This document shows, piece by piece, positions 36,541-44,927 of a stretch of 64,000 nucleotides of DNA. The stretch covers positions 128,001-192,000 of the forward strand of contig CAWDVE010000014.1 in NCBI GenBank assembly GCA_963805625.1, read 5' to 3'. The DNA is from an uncultured Candidatus Rokubacteria bacterium. GTDB lineage: Bacteria; Methylomirabilota; Methylomirabilia; Rokubacteriales; DASRDR01. The notes under the pieces are model-generated. The model made no database searches. It saw only the letters and a list, made by a program, of their open reading frames with translations, and was not told the origin of the DNA. A program made the position numbers and the translations under genes. Positions within the stretch are counted from its first letter, which is position 1. Each line of letters opens with the position of its first letter.

Positions 36541-38175
36541 TCAGGCGCGCGCCCGGCACTCGGCGAGCTGCAGGCCGTGGACGCGCTCCGCCTCGACCGG
36601 ATAGTTGTCGAACGACATCGTGTAGCACTGCTGGAACACCGGGCGCAGGTACTCCTCGATCTGGGCGTCGTAGGCCGGGTGGACGACGAACTGTCTTCCC
36701 TCGACCACCGCCCTCACCTGACCCTCCTCGACCACGATCTCCCCGCCCTTGATGACGTAGCGCGGCGACTTGAACAGCGCCACGCCCTCGGGTCTCTCGT
36801 GGTAGATCGCCACGTCGGCGTCCGCGCCCACGCCGAGGTGCCCCTTCTGTGAGAGTCCGAGCGCTCGTGCGGGCCCCGCGGACGTGATGGTCACGATCTC
36901 GGAGAGCGTGTACTGGCGGTCCAGATCGGCCAGGACGGTCCGCTTGAGCGCCTTCGGAGGCAGGGTCTTCACCCGCTCCCGGCGGTAGTCCACGTCCATC
37001 AGGAGCTGGACGATCTCGGAGTAGCGCCAGAACCCGCCCCCGTTGGGATGGTCGGTCGTGAGGAAGATCCGCCACGGGTCGGTGATCAGGAGCAGGAGCT
37101 CGAGGCCCACCGCCCACTGCACGGCGTTGACCAGGCTGCTCTTCTTGTAGACGTACGGCACGATCCCGCAGCCGGTCTCGTTCTCGACGTCGAGGTTGCC
37201 CCACTTGCGTCCGGTGAGCTCGTGGAGCAGGTGCTGCCACGGTCCGTCGGCGGTGATCGTCATGGCCTTCCCGAACAGGATGGCACCGGCGTCGGCGGTG
37301 AGGGCGGGATGCGCGTTGAAGTACTCGGCGATCGTGGCCGTCTCGGAGCGAATCGTGGACCAGTCGTCGCCGCCGTACGCGTGGAACTGGAGATGCGCCA
37401 TGTGGGCGCGGCGTCCCTCCAGGATCTTCATGGTCTCGAGGGTCGTCGCGACGTTGCCGGGCATGCCCAGGTTGTTGCAGTGGAGGTGGAGCGGGTGCGG
37501 CAGGCCCAGCTCGTCGATGATGCTCGCGAGGCTGGCGATGATCCGGGCCGGCGTCACCTTCTGGTAGCCTTCCACCGGATCGGAGAGGCTCCTGGCGTTC
37601 TTGCCCCACTTCCAGGCGGCCACGCCGCCGGGGTTGACGGCTTTCACACCGTAGGTCTTCGCCGCCCAGATGAGCCAGGCCACGACGTGACTGGCGCGCT
37701 CGGTCTCCCCGGCCTCGAGGAGGTCCATGACGATCTCGTTGTTCGCCATCAGGAGCAGGCAGGCCTTGTCGACGATCGGCGTGTCGCGGAGCTCCTCGTG
37801 GGTGTGCTTGGCGCTCAGGACCGGGACCGCCGCCTCTGTCACCGTTGTGTAGCCCATCCCCGCGTATAGGTAGCCGGTGGCGAAGGTCGTGGGCATCAGC
37901 CCGCCGAGGCCCATCCGGCGCTCCGGCGTGTGCAGAAACGGCAGGCCCTGGCGTTGGGTTTCCGGGCTCATCGCCCGGGCGAAGTTGAGCGCGGCACCCG
38001 CCACGTGGGTGTGGATGTCGACCCCGCCGGGGAAGACGACCATGCCGGTCGCGTCGATCCTGCGGCCGCCGGGGACGTCGGAAACGATCCGTCCGTCCGA
38101 AATGCAGACATCCCGGACCTCACCGTCGACGTGGTTGGCGGGGTCGTAGACCTTCCCGCCCGTGATGCGCAGCAT
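36541..38175 (-). CDS. fwdA: Formylmethanofuran dehydrogenase subunit A (binuclear amidohydrolase)
   Basis: GGVDIHTH, YAGMGYT, KAVNPGG, HLHCNNLG, HLQFHAYG and TTDHPNGG. Metal ligands are intact. Confidence 0.93.
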   Translation of the reverse strand: MLRITGGKVYDPANHVDGEVRDVCISDGRIVSDVPGGRRIDATGMVVFPGGVDIHTHVAGAALNFARAMSPETQRQGLPFLHTPERRMGLGGLMPTTFATGYLYAGMGYTTVTEAAVPVLSAKHTHEELRDTPIVDKACLLLMANNEIVMDLLEAGETERASHVVAWLIWAAKTYGVKAVNPGGVAAWKWGKNARSLSDPVEGYQKVTPARIIASLASIIDELGLPHPLHLHCNNLGMPGNVATTLETMKILEGRRAHMAHLQFHAYGGDDWSTIRSETATIAEYFNAHPALTADAGAILFGKAMTITADGPWQHLLHELTGRKWGNLDVENETGCGIVPYVYKKSSLVNAVQWAVGLELLLLITDPWRIFLTTDHPNGGGFWRYSEIVQLLMDVDYRRERVKTLPPKALKRTVLADLDRQYTLSEIVTITSAGPARALGLSQKGHLGVGADADVAIYHERPEGVALFKSPRYVIKGGEIVVEEGQVRAVVEGRQFVVHPAYDAQIEEYLRPVFQQCYTMSFDNYPVEAERVHGLQLAECRARA

Positions 38176-38181
38176 CGACCT

Positions 38182-39513
38182 CTAGGCCGAGAGCGGTGTG
38201 CCGTTCGAGGCCGGCGTCCAGGGCGGCTTGGCGGCGGCGGCCTGGCGGATGCGGCGAAGGACTTCCTCGTCCGTCGGATACGGCGAGCGCAGCGCCGGCC
38301 GGAGCGGCAGCGGCATCTCGTCCATGCGATACACCGTGCCGGGCGCGCTGATCCCCGTCGCCGCCGTGGTGATGTGCACGCGCGCCAGCCGGCTGGTGTG
38401 GGTCACCTTGGGGTCCAGCACGATCGTCGGAATGCGCTTCAGGTGCTCGATGGCCGGCTGCGGCATCGTGGCCCCGGGATCGGCGCCCAGGATCAGCGCG
38501 GCGTCGTTGTCGCCGCGGACGAGCAGATCCACCGTCGAGAACTCGCCCGGATTGAAGCGCGGGTAGCCGCGCGACAGGTTCACCCCGAACGGATACCCGG
38601 TCGTCCAGCGGATGACCATGTCGGCACCGGTCACGTTGCCGTGACCCCGCATCGGCATGGCCACGAACTTGGTGAAGGCGTTCAGCTCCGTCACCAGGGT
38701 CAGGACCGACGCGGAGTTCATGTGCTTGCCCCGCGTCATCGACAGACCCATGCCGAAGAAGAGCACGCCGAACCGGGCGCGCTTCATCCGGTCGACGAGG
38801 TCCTGCAGCTGCTCGACGGTCACGCCGGTCTCCGCCACGCGCTCGGGGTTCACCGGCCGGCCCTTGAGCAGCGCGAGCAGGGTGGTGACGACCTCGAAGT
38901 CCTTGCCGGGCTGGATCTGGAGGAACATGTCGGCCGCCTGCGCGCTCGGGGTCTCGCGGATGTCCACGAGGACCATCGTCCGGTCCTTGCGGCCCTGCGG
39001 CACGAACTTGCCCTTCTGGGTCAGGGTGTACTTGGTGAAGTGCCGCGGGTGGCATTCCGCCGGGTTGCCGCCCCAGTAGATGATGAAGTCGGCGCGGTTC
39101 TTCACTTCGCCCAGCGTGCACGTCACCTTGCCCCCCAACTGGGCGGCTATCTCAGTGGGACCGTGTCAGAGGGAGGTGTGACTGTCGATCACGCCTCCGA
39201 CCAGCTCGGCCAGGCCGACGGCTTCCCGCTGAGCTTCGCAGGTGATGTTGCTGAGCCCGTAGACCAGCGGCATGTGGGCGTCGTAGAGGAAGCTCGCCGC
39301 CGCCTCGACCGCCGCGTCGACCGTGGCCGGCTTCCCGTCGATCAGCGCGTCCGGGAAGAGCCGCTCGGCCGTGTGGTTCTGGAACCAGGCGTCGCCCAGG
39401 CTGCAGGCGTTCTTGCTCTTGACGATCCGGTCACCCTCGGCGTGGAGCTCGATGTCGTCGCACACGCACCCGCAGAAGGTGCACGTCGCGTTCTTCACGA
39501 TGGTGACGGTCAT
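38182..39513 (-). CDS. fwdB: Formylmethanofuran dehydrogenase subunit B, probable selenoprotein (UGA at 39166-39168 read as Sec)
   Basis: ORFs 39166-39513 and 38182-39138 are in the same frame and join as ...VIDSHTSL-UGA-HGPTEIAAQLGGKVTCTLGEVKNRAD. The UGA aligns with the Cys/Sec of the FwdB CHGP motif. N-terminal CTFCGCVCDD Fe-S motif and PMRGHGNV are present. Confidence 0.88.
39124..39165 (-). promoter_or_regulatory. Candidate SECIS-like hairpin directly 3' of the fwdB UGA
   Basis: mRNA UGA CACGGUCCCACUGAG-AUAGCCG-CCCAGUUGGGGGGCAAGGUG can pair CCCACUG with CAGUUGGG. Codons atypical for this gene (GGT, ACT, ATA, TTG) cluster here. Not an exact match to the E. coli consensus. Confidence 0.55.
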
Positions 39514-39762
39514 CCGTCGCTCGCTTCCGGTCCGTCCTCCCGCCCCAGCCGGGGCGGCATGACGAAGGTTCAGCCAAGCTCCCGGCCCGGAAAGCTGCCC
39601 CGGGTCCGGAGCGGGCGGTAGCGACCAGTCTCGACCAGCTCCCAGGCCGGGGCGCGCTCCGTCACCGGAGCTACCGGAGGCGTCGCCTCCTCGCCGCTCG
39701 CCCGCGAATCGTCGGGCAACCCTGCCGCAGCCATGACGGCTCTCCCTCTCCCGAAACGGCTA

Positions 39763-40119
39763 CTACCCTGACGCCGGACCTTCGGACCCGACGGGCTCGA
39801 CCTCGACTTCCCAGCCCTTCGACGTGGGCATCCCGGTCCCGTCGGTGCCGCCGCCCATGAGCCGGCAGGTGGGGGGGCCATATGGGACGAAGATCATCCC
39901 CAAGGGCACCTTCCCCTCAGTGCACTTGAAAGTGGCCTCACCGTACGGGGTCCGAACCTGGACACTTCCGCCCTGAGCGATGCCGACCGCCTTCATGTCC
40001 TCGGGATGCATCGTCAAGGTGCTCACGATGGCCTGGTACTCGGGGTAGTCTTTGCCCACGTTGACCTGCAGACCCTGCTTGGTCGTGCGACCGGCGTTCA
40101 TGATGAACCGCTTGCCCAT
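39763..40119 (-). CDS. fwdD: Formylmethanofuran dehydrogenase subunit D (molybdopterin-binding domain)
   Basis: GRTTKQG, MHPEDM, GMIFVPYGP and TDGTGMPTSKG. Confidence 0.9.
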   Translation of the reverse strand: MGKRFIMNAGRTTKQGLQVNVGKDYPEYQAIVSTLTMHPEDMKAVGIAQGGSVQVRTPYGEATFKCTEGKVPLGMIFVPYGPPTCRLMGGGTDGTGMPTSKGWEVEVEPVGSEGPASG

Positions 40120-40254
40120 CGTTCCTCTCTCCGCATGAGGCTCGAGCGGGCGCACAACGGCGCCCGCACCTTCAATCACACCATAGCATGCGGCGTGGAG
40201 GAAGGTCAGGCCCAGACCGAGAAGCTACGAACCGGGTCGGTCAGCGCGTGACGG

Positions 40255-40518
40255 CGCTTCCGGCGCGACACTTTCGGGTGTTCCCGGGCGAGGGCGTTGC
40301 GGAGATGGCCGAGCTCGGCCGCCGGCTGGACAAGCCAGGGTACCGCGGGGACTACAGCTTCGAAGTCTTCAACGACGACTACTGCGCAGTTGCCGTTGCC
40401 GCTCGTGGCCGCCCGCGCCAGCCGATCCGTCAAGTGGATCACCGGCCGGATATCACGCCGCAGTCTGCCGGTAGCGCGCACCGATCACGTAGACGGCCGG
40501 TGCGCCGCGTCGGAGTGA
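40255..40518 (+). pseudogene. C-terminal remnant of a sugar-phosphate isomerase/epimerase (TIM barrel)
   Basis: ARHFRVFPGEG...GYRGDYSFEVFNDDY / QLPLPLVAARA, frameshifted and lacking an N-terminus. Confidence 0.6.
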
Positions 40519-40689
40519 GCCGCGGCACCGACGTCACATCGCGGCTGATGAACCGGCTGCGCCCTCCCCGCCAGAGGGCAAACGTGAGCCGCGTGGCGCG
40601 ACCCCCGGCGGCCAGGACCCGGTAGGACAGCACCCGGTAGCCCCGGCCGCGGTTTCAGAGACGGTGTCAGCTGGGGCTCCGGCGCGATC

Positions 40690-40926
40690 TTAGGCCGCCC
40701 GCTTTGATCGACAGGCTCTACAGGTGCGCTGGGCCTTCGAGACGCTCTCGAAATCCCGGCCGCAGCTCAGGCAAGAGAGGTGGCGAATGCCCTCGGGCCA
40801 CAGATTGACGGAATCAGCAGATGCCCTGCATTGAAGGTGCACCATCTCTCCGTGCTCGAGGATGCGGTAGGCGCCGAGTAGCATCGGGGAGGAACAAACA
40901 GGACACGTCGAGCTCAACGTGACCAT
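40690..40926 (-). CDS. Small double zinc-finger protein
   Basis: CPVC...HLQC and CLSC...CRAC. AAAGGTGG RBS. Confidence 0.65.
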   Translation of the reverse strand: MVTLSSTCPVCSSPMLLGAYRILEHGEMVHLQCRASADSVNLWPEGIRHLSCLSCGRDFESVSKAQRTCRACRSKRAA

Positions 40927-41032
40927 GGATCCCACCTTTCCGTTCAGGAACGATCGCTCCGTTGACGCCGGTACCTCGAATATCCGGCGTCCATCGGCAG
41001 CGGTCGGGCCTGTCGTGGTTCAATCGCATCCA

Positions 41033-41281
41033 TCACGGGCGGGACTCAGGCGACGTGTCATCTGGTCGTGGCGTCCAGGCTCCCGTCGCATACTCACGCA
41101 AGGCCTGCACGAGCACTCGGCGCAACGTGGTGTTCTCGCTCACCGCGCGGACGCGCGCCGCTCGCTGGACGGGCCGCGGCACGCCGCGCACCAGGTAGAT
41201 GCCGCTCGTCGCCAGGCGAGCCAGGACGCGAGTCGATCCGGAGCGGCTTCCCCTCATGGACACGTTCATCGTCAGTCCCAT
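41033..41281 (-). CDS. Small hypothetical protein, ribbon-helix-helix-like
   Basis: YLVRGVPRPVQRAARVRAVSENTTLRRVLVQALREY fits a beta-alpha-alpha pattern. GGAGGG RBS. Confidence 0.55.
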   Translation of the reverse strand: MGLTMNVSMRGSRSGSTRVLARLATSGIYLVRGVPRPVQRAARVRAVSENTTLRRVLVQALREYATGAWTPRPDDTSPESRP

Positions 41282-41505
41282 ATCCGTTCCCTCCCAGCGA
41301 ACAGCACTGCTCCCATCCCCGGGACCGTGACGCTCCCGCATGCACCCCCCTCAGAGAACCGCGCACGTCCACTCGACTCCGGGCGGCCGTCGGGGCCAAC
41401 GTGGAAGAGAGGATCGGCGGTCAGGACGGCGGCGTCTTAGCCAGGACACCCGGCGCGTGAGCGCGTGATGTTCGGAGCCATCTCCGCATGCGCCGCTCCG
41501 AACCC

Positions 41506-41898
41506 CTAGCTCGTCGGCATCAGCAGCGTTGCGCAAGCCTCGGCCACGCGGCGATCGGCCTCCTGTTCACCCGGCATCGTCGCCCACCCCTGCTTGCCGA
41601 CGTACTCACCGCGCTGCCAGCTGCTCTCGTCCTTCAACGCCGCGAGCTTCTGCCCCTTCCCGAGATCCTTCGTGGATTGAGTGACGCAGATCGGGGCCAG
41701 GCGCCGGACCACCGCGTCGGAGGCCATGGTCGCCGCCGTCTCCCGAGCCGTGCCTCCCGTGACCCAGCCGCCCCAGCTGAAGCCGACGATCATCGTGAGC
41801 ACCGCCGAGGCCGCGCACGCCCAGAAGAGCACCGTCTTCGTGGGGCGCGCCTCGCTCCAGCGCTGTCCAAGACTCAGCTTCCCTCGGTTCGTGTCCAT
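41506..41898 (-). CDS. Membrane-anchored hypothetical protein
   Basis: TM helix, GFSWGGWVTGGTA, LAPIC and GWATMPG...VAEACA. AGGAG RBS. Confidence 0.75.
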   Translation of the reverse strand: MDTNRGKLSLGQRWSEARPTKTVLFWACAASAVLTMIVGFSWGGWVTGGTARETAATMASDAVVRRLAPICVTQSTKDLGKGQKLAALKDESSWQRGEYVGKQGWATMPGEQEADRRVAEACATLLMPTS

Positions 41899-42016
41899 GC
41901 GTTGGCTCCTTCCCTGTGACCGCGACACCGGTTGAGGTCGTCGATCGCCTGCGCCGCCGCCTTCGGGCTGACGCAGCGGGAGGCCGCCGGGGCAGCCATG
42001 GGGGCGGGACCTCCAT

Positions 42017-42057
42017 ACTGTATGCATACAGTAGTACAGTTCGTGTGGACGTGTCAA
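42017..42057 (-). promoter_or_regulatory. Sigma70 promoter TTGACA-N18-TACTGT overlapped by operator ACTGTA-N12-TACAGT
   Basis: AT-rich patch. The operator matches the one upstream of the GntR gene at 46035. Confidence 0.65.
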
Positions 42058-42253
42058 GGCCTCGCCGGCGGAGAAACCGCGCATGGGGCGCGGCCCGTCC
42101 CTTGTCGCCCGGCCGGTCGAGGCGGGGTCCATCCGGTGAGGACCGGAGCTAGATTGGCGCCCGTCGCCAGACGCACGGCGCGGGATCCCTGTCGAGCCCG
42201 CCAGCCCCCGCCAAGGCCCGCCAAGATCCGAGCGACGCGCGGGCCAGGAGCGG

Positions 42254-42406
42254 CTAGGCCGCCCGCTTCGTGATCGCCTGCCCGCACGTCGGGCAGGCAT
42301 AGCGCGTGATCTTGCGGTCCACGTCGTGCCGGCGGAGTGGAGCCGCCGGCATGGGCTTCCCCTTGTCAGGGCAGTTCGAGGTCGGACAATTCGGTGCTTC
42401 CGCCAT
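42254..42406 (-). CDS. 50-aa zinc-ribbon microprotein (not in ORF track)
   Basis: AGGAGG RBS. MAEAPNCPTSNCPDKGKPMPAAPLRRHDVDRKITRYACPTCGQAITKRAA. Confidence 0.65.
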   Translation of the reverse strand: MAEAPNCPTSNCPDKGKPMPAAPLRRHDVDRKITRYACPTCGQAITKRAA

Positions 42407-42545
42407 TGCATCCTCCTGGGGGATACAGGTTCAGGCCAGGCCGGTCACGCAGGCTCGAGACGGGCGGCGCCTTGCCCCCGGATCGTCAGTCACGCCTCAG
42501 AACGGTCCCGGCGCGGCCCTTCGCCTCTGGATCGGGCTGCGACCT

Positions 42546-43724
42546 TCAGGGCATCTGCTCGCGCACCAGATCCCGGCCCAGGCCGGTGTCGGCGGCATCC
42601 GGCATGCCCATCCGTCGCAGCCACCGGAAGTGGGAGGCGATTCCCGCCCAGAACGATCTGTGCACCGTGTACCGGATCCCGAACTCTCGGCAGGTCTGCT
42701 CCACCAGCTCCGATATCGCCGGGTAGTGAACGTGGCTGATCCGGGGAAACAGATGATGCTCGATCTGGAAGTTCAGCCCACCCACGAGCCACGACATGAT
42801 GCGACTGCGGCGGGCGAAATTCACGCTCGTCTCGGCCTGGTGAACGGCCCAGGCGTGCTCGATGCGACCAGTGCTTGCGCGAGGCAAGGGAAATTCTGCC
42901 TCTTCGACGCAGTGGGCCACCTGAAACACCACGCTGAGCAGGAAGCCCATGACGATCCCGCTGAGGACGTAGTAGCCGAGAACGACGAATAGCCGATGAA
43001 ATTGCAGCGGAATCCCGAAGGCCAGCGTGAAGAAGACAACCTTGCCGGCCACGAAGATCACGAGCTCCCAGCCCCTCGGACGAGGCACGCGGTGGAAATT
43101 GATGCGGCCCCTGATGATCCGACGGAAATCGTCCAGGCACTGCCATTTGATCGCCAGAAACCCATAGAGCGGCCACAGATACAGGTGCTGCCATCGATGA
43201 AACGGAAGCCGCTTCTGGTCCGGCGCCAGCCGCGCGAGGGGGGCGAGATCGATGTCGGTATCGTGGCCAGCGACGTTAACGTACGTGTGATGGAACACCC
43301 CATGCTTCCAGCGCCACAAGTAGGAGCTCCCGCCGATCAGCTCCAGGGTCAATGCCGTGAGCCGGTTGACCCAGGGGTGATTCGAGTAAGCTCGATGGCC
43401 GCCGTCGTGCTGGACGTTGAGGCCGATCCCCGCTGCAAACAGACCGAGCAAGATGGCCAGGGGCACGCCCTCGATCCAGGTCCGGGCCAGGAACACCAGC
43501 GACACGTACGCACCCGCGAACCCCATGAGGAGGATCGCCGTCTTCACGTACATCTGCCAGCAGTCGCGTTGCCGCCGACCGGTGGTCCAGAAATGCTCCG
43601 TGACGCGACGCCGAAGCGCGAACTGGAAGGCCGTATCGTGACTGAAGCTCAGTGCTCTTGCCGATGACGCGGTTCGAGCCCGTTGGCTTCTGGGTCGGAC
43701 GGGAGTCTCCTGCGCGTTGTTCAT
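42546..43724 (-). CDS. Membrane fatty acid desaturase
   Basis: His boxes HDGGH, HGVFHH and QIEHH. Confidence 0.92.
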   Translation of the reverse strand: MNNAQETPVRPRSQRARTASSARALSFSHDTAFQFALRRRVTEHFWTTGRRQRDCWQMYVKTAILLMGFAGAYVSLVFLARTWIEGVPLAILLGLFAAGIGLNVQHDGGHRAYSNHPWVNRLTALTLELIGGSSYLWRWKHGVFHHTYVNVAGHDTDIDLAPLARLAPDQKRLPFHRWQHLYLWPLYGFLAIKWQCLDDFRRIIRGRINFHRVPRPRGWELVIFVAGKVVFFTLAFGIPLQFHRLFVVLGYYVLSGIVMGFLLSVVFQVAHCVEEAEFPLPRASTGRIEHAWAVHQAETSVNFARRSRIMSWLVGGLNFQIEHHLFPRISHVHYPAISELVEQTCREFGIRYTVHRSFWAGIASHFRWLRRMGMPDAADTGLGRDLVREQMP

Positions 43725-43936
43725 CTCTCTCTCTCGACGAGTTTAGAGGGCATACCGGCGCCATGGGTCGCCCGTATGCCATGTGCGGACGAAGAAGACC
43801 GCGGTCCCACAGGCGCTCACACGTGGCCGATGCCGCGGGAGCAGATCGGGGCGGCGTTCTTCGCGGCCGGTGCCGCCGGCACCATTCCACCCGGTCCTCC
43901 GGTGGCCCCTGCCGTGAACGTTCGAGGCGACCTCCA

Positions 43937-44209
43937 CTACAGGCGCATCTCCAAACTGGCGATCTGCGCGACGGACCGCCCGATGTGCCAGCCGAGCAGT
44001 GAGGCGAGTCCGCTCAACACCCCGGCATCGTCGCGTAGCACGGCGAAGTACCGGCCGGCCGCATCTTCCATGGTGAGGGTCAGGGACTGCGCCGCGAGAT
44101 CTCCGCGCGCCGCGACCAGGACACCGCGCTCGTCCCTGGCCCCTTGGCTGGCTCCGGTGCTCGCGGCTCGCCAGTTCGGCGGCCAGCACGGCAAGTCTCG
44201 TACCATCAT
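43937..44209 (-). CDS. Hypothetical protein
   Basis: 90-aa globular-looking ORF (WPPNW...ERGVL...IGRSVAQIASL) with GGAG RBS, co-oriented in the cluster. Confidence 0.55.
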   Translation of the reverse strand: MMVRDLPCWPPNWRAASTGASQGARDERGVLVAARGDLAAQSLTLTMEDAAGRYFAVLRDDAGVLSGLASLLGWHIGRSVAQIASLEMRL

Positions 44210-44247
44210 GCGCGTCTCCCGGCGGCGGATCGGCGACGCCTCCGTCA

Positions 44248-44604
44248 TCAGAGGTCCTTCAACCGGTCCGTTGCCTCCTGGAGCCTTTGCCGGTCGTCTC
44301 CACCGGCCACGGCTCCACTGGCTTCGGGTACGGTCACGTCCGAGAGCTTCTGATTGGCAGCGACGATCCACTTGTCGATCTGTTCGATCCACAGCGGGAT
44401 CAGGGCTTCCTCGCTCGTGAAAGTCAAAGCCCGATTCCGAATCGTGATCCGACTCGGATGATGGGGCTCCTTCCAGTCATCCGGCGCCTGGAAGGCGCGG
44501 CGCCATGCCGGTGAGGGTGTCGCATTGAGCGCCACGCTCAGGTCGTATTCCGGACCCCGCACGGCGATCGGAATGGGCGGGCCGATGCGCTTGATGTCGT
44601 CCAT
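44248..44604 (-). CDS. Hypothetical protein
   Basis: 118-aa ORF with normal composition, co-oriented in the cluster. Confidence 0.65.
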   Translation of the reverse strand: MDDIKRIGPPIPIAVRGPEYDLSVALNATPSPAWRRAFQAPDDWKEPHHPSRITIRNRALTFTSEEALIPLWIEQIDKWIVAANQKLSDVTVPEASGAVAGGDDRQRLQEATDRLKDL

Positions 44605-44622
44605 GTCACTCTCGGTCAGTCT

Positions 44623-44814
44623 TCATCTCGAAGCAGGGTCGAGAGACGTGGTTGTCGATGGGCTCGACGGCGGCACCTCCGCGCGCCGCTGGGCCGCGGC
44701 CAGGCACCGATCATGAATCACGTTGTCGCGTCGCATGAAGATGAGCGCCGTGCCTGGAGGAATGGACCGTGAACAGACTGGGCAAACCGGATCACACGCC
44801 GTGTCGGAAAGCAT
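44623..44814 (-). CDS. Small zinc-finger protein
   Basis: CPVC...IHDRC, the same pattern as 40690-40926. GGAGAGG RBS. Confidence 0.6.
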   Translation of the reverse strand: MLSDTACDPVCPVCSRSIPPGTALIFMRRDNVIHDRCLAAAQRRAEVPPSSPSTTTSLDPASR

Positions 44815-44927
44815 GACTCACCCTCTCCTTCTGGCCGCCGGGTCTGGGACCTGGACCGTGGGCATCAGCCGCGAGCGGCTGGGTCCTGCACTGAACCGAG
44901 TCGCGAGCCCCCACATGACGGTGGTCG

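Noticed and set aside
39166-39168. fwdB as a nonsense pseudogene or two genes
   Set aside because: The stop is TGA at precisely the Cys/Sec ligand codon, the frame is preserved and all other motifs are intact. A read error remains possible.
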